IMG/VR virus record: IMGVR_UViG_3300029258_004309
DNA: 20,000 nt
Direction: 5' to 3' (one strand)
From: an uncultured virus (IMG/VR IMGVR_UViG_3300029258_004309)
Taxonomy: Duplodnaviria > Heunggongvirae > Uroviricota > Caudoviricetes
The stretch's first letter is position 1. Each line of letters begins with the position of its first letter. The notes beneath the pieces were generated by a model. The model saw only the letters and a program-made list of their open reading frames with translations. It ran no database searches and was not told the DNA's origin. Below, in pieces: positions 16,346 to 20,000 of the stretch. Position numbers and translations under genes: made by a program.

Positions 16346-16416
16346 GCGCTCCGTGGGGAGCCCCCAACAATCTTTTGACTTCCCTCGGCCCCTGACGGAA
16401 GTATGATCAGGGCACC

Positions 16417-17295
16417 ATGGAGCGGTGGAGTGTATCGGCAAACTACGCAAAGTTCCTACTTTGCCAGGACTTGAGGGCCGATGCGCGCCGCACCCAGACG
16501 CGGATCTTCCGACTTGGCATGTTCCCGCCGTCGACAGACACGATAGAGTTCCTACGAGAAGAGCTCCGCTCCGTCCGGTTCCTGAAGCAAGAGGGCATCT
16601 ACGGCCTCTTCCACCCCGACAAGTACGACCGTCAAGCCTTGGCCCTGCTGCACAAGTCGGTGGTCAAGGAAGCCGCCGAAGCATGGCTTCTCACTGGCGC
16701 CCCGTACGCCGGCGCCGCCGAGTTCCTCAAGAACACCTTCGGGGAGGCGTTCGACCCAATCGCCATTGAGCGCTACGTCTGGTACTGCTTCAACCTCCAC
16801 AAGATACAGCCCTCGGAGTGGCCGGGCATCTTCCGGCGCTACCATTCTCAGTGGGGGGAGGGCGACGTGGAGGACGACATCCGCTGGCGGGCTGTGTCGG
16901 GGTCGAACGACAAGGCCACCCGCATCATGCTGCGCACCTACTACGGCAAGAAGGTGGCCAACACCGACTTCGACGAGGCCATCCGAGACGGGGCGACCAC
17001 GATCGCCAACGCCATCGCTGCCAAGTCGCAGGACCCACGCGTCACCATGCAGGATCTCAACATCGGCGCCCAGGGCATGAGGCACATCAAGGAAGCCTAC
17101 GAGATGTCCCGCTCGGTCGACGCCGACTGGTTGGCGAACGTGGAGCGCGCCAAGCTCAAGCAGCATGACGACAAGATCGTGATGGTCCACGAGCTCAGCC
17201 AGGGAAACCACAGCACCGAGCTCGTCAATCAGGAAGAGGAGAGTCGAGTTGTCGTCCCAATCGACGCTGAGTTCATCGATGACGGCGACGAGTGA
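16417..17295 (+). CDS. Hypothetical helical protein with acidic C-terminus
   Basis: 292-aa ORF with GC3 bias; TATGAT 9 nt upstream and no clear SD. Confidence 0.8.
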   Translation: MERWSVSANYAKFLLCQDLRADARRTQTRIFRLGMFPPSTDTIEFLREELRSVRFLKQEGIYGLFHPDKYDRQALALLHKSVVKEAAEAWLLTGAPYAGAAEFLKNTFGEAFDPIAIERYVWYCFNLHKIQPSEWPGIFRRYHSQWGEGDVEDDIRWRAVSGSNDKATRIMLRTYYGKKVANTDFDEAIRDGATTIANAIAAKSQDPRVTMQDLNIGAQGMRHIKEAYEMSRSVDADWLANVERAKLKQHDDKIVMVHELSQGNHSTELVNQEEESRVVVPIDAEFIDDGDE

Positions 17296-17674
17296 CCCAT
17301 TCGTCATCGTCTACCAGCGCCCCACGACTACCGCCGACTACTGGAACGGGCCGTGGGACATCGAGTGTCCTGCTTTCGGCAACACCATCGAGATAGACCC
17401 TCTCGTTCTGGAGTTCGTCGAGGCCATGCGCAGGCATGAGGAGTGGGTGAAGACCCGGCGTCTGCGTTCCCTCATGGGTGCGCCCCCGCCCCGCCCGCTC
17501 AAGTCCCTCTGCTCTGTCGGTTGCCGCCCGCCCCGCACTCGTGGGAAAGTGTCGTTCAGGCCCAGCGTACTTTCCAGGGCCGCCCGGAACCCCGATGAAC
17601 GTCTGCCCAAAGTGCGGGGGCAAGGTCGTGCCCACCAGAAAGCCCGGTCGCACCATGCGGTACCGGGGCACTGA
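17279..17674 (+). CDS. Hypothetical protein with a basic low-complexity tail
   Basis: N-terminal half is protein-like; overlaps both neighbours. Confidence 0.5.
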   Translation: MTATSDPFVIVYQRPTTTADYWNGPWDIECPAFGNTIEIDPLVLEFVEAMRRHEEWVKTRRLRSLMGAPPPRPLKSLCSVGCRPPRTRGKVSFRPSVLSRAARNPDERLPKVRGQGRAHQKARSHHAVPGH

Positions 17675-17789
17675 GTACCGCATCCCGGCCAACTACGTCA
17701 TCCCCACGTGCAAGAAGTGCGGGGCGCAGTGGACTTCGACTGAGCAGCTGCTCGAGCTCGGCGCCTGGTTGGAGAAGAAGAATGGCTGA
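17595..17789 (+). CDS. YgiT-type / MqsA-N-terminal-like zinc finger
   Basis: CPKCGG...TMRYRG...IP....IPTCKKCG.QW pattern; no HTH. Confidence 0.7.
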   Translation: MNVCPKCGGKVVPTRKPGRTMRYRGTEYRIPANYVIPTCKKCGAQWTSTEQLLELGAWLEKKNG

Positions 17790-20000
17790 GCAGAGCATCT
17801 CCCTCGGCTACGCCTCCGCAACGCTGGTTCCGGAAGGTGAAGACGGCGTCCGCATCGAGAAGCTGTGGGTCGACCCTGAACATCGGGGCAAGGGAGATGC
17901 GCGTCGGCTCTTGCGCAAGATCAAGAAGGACTTCGCCGACAAGAAGTTGTGGATGCGGCCCCGCGGCTTCGGGGACATCCCCATGGGCGTGGACGAGCTC
18001 AGGAAGTTCTACGAGAGCGAGGGCTTCAAGACCATGGACAAGCTCGACAACATGCTCTTCGACAAGACGGCTGAAGTCGTCGAGCTCACCACGCCCGGGC
18101 AGCGTCAAGAAGCCGCCAGTCTCGAACGACGTGTCTTCTCTCCGGGCAGCAAGTACCAGAACCCGAGGCCCCCTTCCGCCAAGAGGTTCACCTCGTACGG
18201 CGTCTACGACGACGGAAAACTCGTGGGGGTCACCAGGGTGGACAAAGACCCTCTCAAGGCATGGGCCAAGGACAAGGAAGGGCTGAAGGCGCTGAAGGTC
18301 CTCGGGCCGGAGGTGTGGATAGAGGCTACGGCGGTAGACCCGGAGCATCGTGGTAAGGGCGTGGCCAAGGCTCTTCGAGGGCACGTGCAGAGCCAGTACA
18401 GCAGCGTGCTCACAGGGACTGGTCCGAAGTCCGACCCGGCCATGAAGCACTTGAACGAGTCGCAAGGGTTCAAGCCCGTTCTGCAACGAGGAAAGAACAT
18501 GCAATACCATTGGGCGAAGACCGCCGAGCTTGCCGAGGACGGGGAGCACAAGCTGCAAGGGCGCCGCAACTTTCAAGGGCTGTCGATCGCTATCGAGAAC
18601 CGCAAGGGCTCGGTGCGCAAGGGCACGGGTAAGGACGGCAAGGAATGGCGCACGAAGATGAAGGCGCCGTACGGCTACATCGAGGCGCCGGCCAACGGGC
18701 GGGATGGGGAATCCATTGACGCGTACATCGGTCCCGACAAGAAGGCCCCCGACGCCTTCGTCGTTCACCAGCACAAGGAGAACGGCAAGGGGCACGATGA
18801 GGACAAGGTCATCCTGGGCGTGCGCTCGATCGCCGAGGCCAAGCGCCTGTACCTTCAGCACTACGACAGCCCCAAGTTCCTGGGGCCTGTCTCAAGGGTT
18901 CCCATGGAACGTCTGAAAGAGCTCGTGCAGCAGGACAAGAAGATCTCGAAGCTGTCTTCCGCCGATGAGCACCTTCTGCTTTCCGTGCTCGGGCGGGCGG
19001 GCGTGAAGGTCTCTTCGATGCAGGAACCGGGAGTTCGGAAGAAGGACAAGACCGGCCCGAGAGGTAAGAAGGGCAAGTGCGAGGGCCCGGGGCCGAGGCT
19101 TCGCCAATTCGGCGGCGTGAAGCTGGCTGCTGGCGACGCTGTAGTCAGCGCTGATGACCATCCTGCCGTTGCAGTAGGTAAGGTGCTGAGCAACAGGCTC
19201 GACAAGGTCAACCCGAACCGGCCGCGCTATGCCTCGCTCAAGGACTTCATCTTGCGCCGACCGGATCCTCGCTACGATCCCAGCATCTCTCGAGAGGAAC
19301 AGCTCCGGCGTCACTACTCAGGCAAGCCGCCAGTCAGGATGCGCCGCGTCGGGCAGGGCATTGAGCATGAGATTGCTCCTGGGGTCACTGCCGTCATGCG
19401 CATCAAGACGCCGGGGGACGAAGAGCGTGGACGGCAGTACGCCAAGAAGGTCATGGACGACTACTACAAGGAGTCCGCAGATCCTCGTGAGCGCATTCTG
19501 CTCGGCATCCTCAAACAGGCCGGCATCCCCGAGCTCAAGCGACTTCCGACTGATGTCGACTTGGCGAAAGAGAAGATGCTCAAGGCGATCGAGCGCAGCA
19601 AGGACAGGAGCTGGTCGCATCCGCAGATCTCGATTCCGCACAACAAGATCGACCTCGAGCGGTTCGGCTTCGAGCCCACGCGCATCGCCATCCCCATGCC
19701 TTGGGAGAAGCCGCTCGAGACGAGTTGGCGTGCGGGGCGTCTGCACGCTCACAAGATGGGTGACCGGTACATGGTGCACGCCGACGCAGCGTCTCCGGAC
19801 AGCTTCTACGGCAAGGTCAAGCACCTGATCGAAGACGTACCGCCGGCGGTAGCCAAGCGCATCGGCATGAACAAGACGGCCATCAGTGCCCAGCCCTTGG
19901 GCACTCTCGGCAAGGTGCTCATGCAGGGCATCAAGTCCCCGGGGGCTGCTCGCAACGTCGCTAAAGACGTGAAGATGATGGGCAAGGTCAGGGCGCCGTC
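17782..20000 (+). CDS. Polyvalent multidomain protein (3'-partial, >739 aa): GNAT, GNAT, inorganic-pyrophosphatase-like, unknown, His-rich domain
   Basis: Hand translation from ATG 17782 (GGAG upstream) finds no stop before the window end. Two VDPEHRGKG acetyl-CoA motif A copies with FYESEGF/LNESQGF; IAIENRKGSVRKG, YGYI, DGESID and DEDKVILG. Confidence 0.9.
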   Translation, partial: MAEQSISLGYASATLVPEGEDGVRIEKLWVDPEHRGKGDARRLLRKIKKDFADKKLWMRPRGFGDIPMGVDELRKFYESEGFKTMDKLDNMLFDKTAEVVELTTPGQRQEAASLERRVFSPGSKYQNPRPPSAKRFTSYGVYDDGKLVGVTRVDKDPLKAWAKDKEGLKALKVLGPEVWIEATAVDPEHRGKGVAKALRGHVQSQYSSVLTGTGPKSDPAMKHLNESQGFKPVLQRGKNMQYHWAKTAELAEDGEHKLQGRRNFQGLSIAIENRKGSVRKGTGKDGKEWRTKMKAPYGYIEAPANGRDGESIDAYIGPDKKAPDAFVVHQHKENGKGHDEDKVILGVRSIAEAKRLYLQHYDSPKFLGPVSRVPMERLKELVQQDKKISKLSSADEHLLLSVLGRAGVKVSSMQEPGVRKKDKTGPRGKKGKCEGPGPRLRQFGGVKLAAGDAVVSADDHPAVAVGKVLSNRLDKVNPNRPRYASLKDFILRRPDPRYDPSISREEQLRRHYSGKPPVRMRRVGQGIEHEIAPGVTAVMRIKTPGDEERGRQYAKKVMDDYYKESADPRERILLGILKQAGIPELKRLPTDVDLAKEKMLKAIERSKDRSWSHPQISIPHNKIDLERFGFEPTRIAIPMPWEKPLETSWRAGRLHAHKMGDRYMVHADAASPDSFYGKVKHLIEDVPPAVAKRIGMNKTAISAQPLGTLGKVLMQGIKSPGAARNVAKDVKMMGKVRAP

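Noticed and set aside
16375..16407. TTGACT...TATGAT as a sigma70 promoter
   Set aside because: The spacer is 21 nt, too long; only the -10-like element was kept
13721..16450. 909-aa minus-strand ORF, and the many other minus-strand ORFs in the track
   Set aside because: Antisense shadows of GC3-biased + strand genes; unnatural composition and no motifs
16417..17295. Terminase small subunit assignment
   Set aside because: Helical and acidic character is suggestive only; no diagnostic motif and no large subunit in the window
17837..19828. Track ORFs 17837-18286, 18704-18916 and 19229-19828 on the + strand
   Set aside because: Out-of-frame overlaps of the real ORF starting at 17782
1..20000. 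Stop-codon reassignment, as seen in some large phages
   Set aside because: TAG, TGA and TAA all end genes at sensible boundaries, and coding density is high with the standard code
1..20000. CRISPR array, tRNA, rRNA, integrase, transposase or reverse transcriptase
   Set aside because: No repeat-spacer periodicity, cloverleaf or relevant protein motifs were seen by eye
1..20000. Abundant CTCGAG and GAGCTC palindromes
   Set aside because: Explained by preferred Leu (CTC) and Glu (GAG) codon pairs

Overview
High-GC, gene-dense window with all credible genes on the + strand. It looks like part of a large tailed (probably contractile-tail) phage genome; the host cannot be determined from this window. 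Layout: (i) 1-3099, a few hypothetical genes plus a baseplate spike/GpV-like gene and a hydrophobic partner; (ii) 3100-13670, about 22 mostly small accessory genes (MazG-like, divergent DUF5131, Cys-rich proteins), punctuated by hairpin terminators and a repeated fixed-spacing motif CAATT-N13-GGGnAyAAGAG that looks like a phage promoter; (iii) 13814-20000, an 843-aa probable virion/morphogenesis protein, a 292-aa hypothetical, a YgiT-type Zn finger and a >739-aa ORF missing from the ORF track because it runs off the window. That last ORF is the most striking feature: a polyvalent-type protein (GNAT, GNAT, inorganic-pyrophosphatase-like, unknown, His-rich domain) whose modules are bounded by K-x-A/S motifs. 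The same motif recurs through the 843-aa protein, which suggests a protease-processed, capsid-packaged effector polyprotein system (inference). All family calls come from motif recognition by eye; no database search was run.
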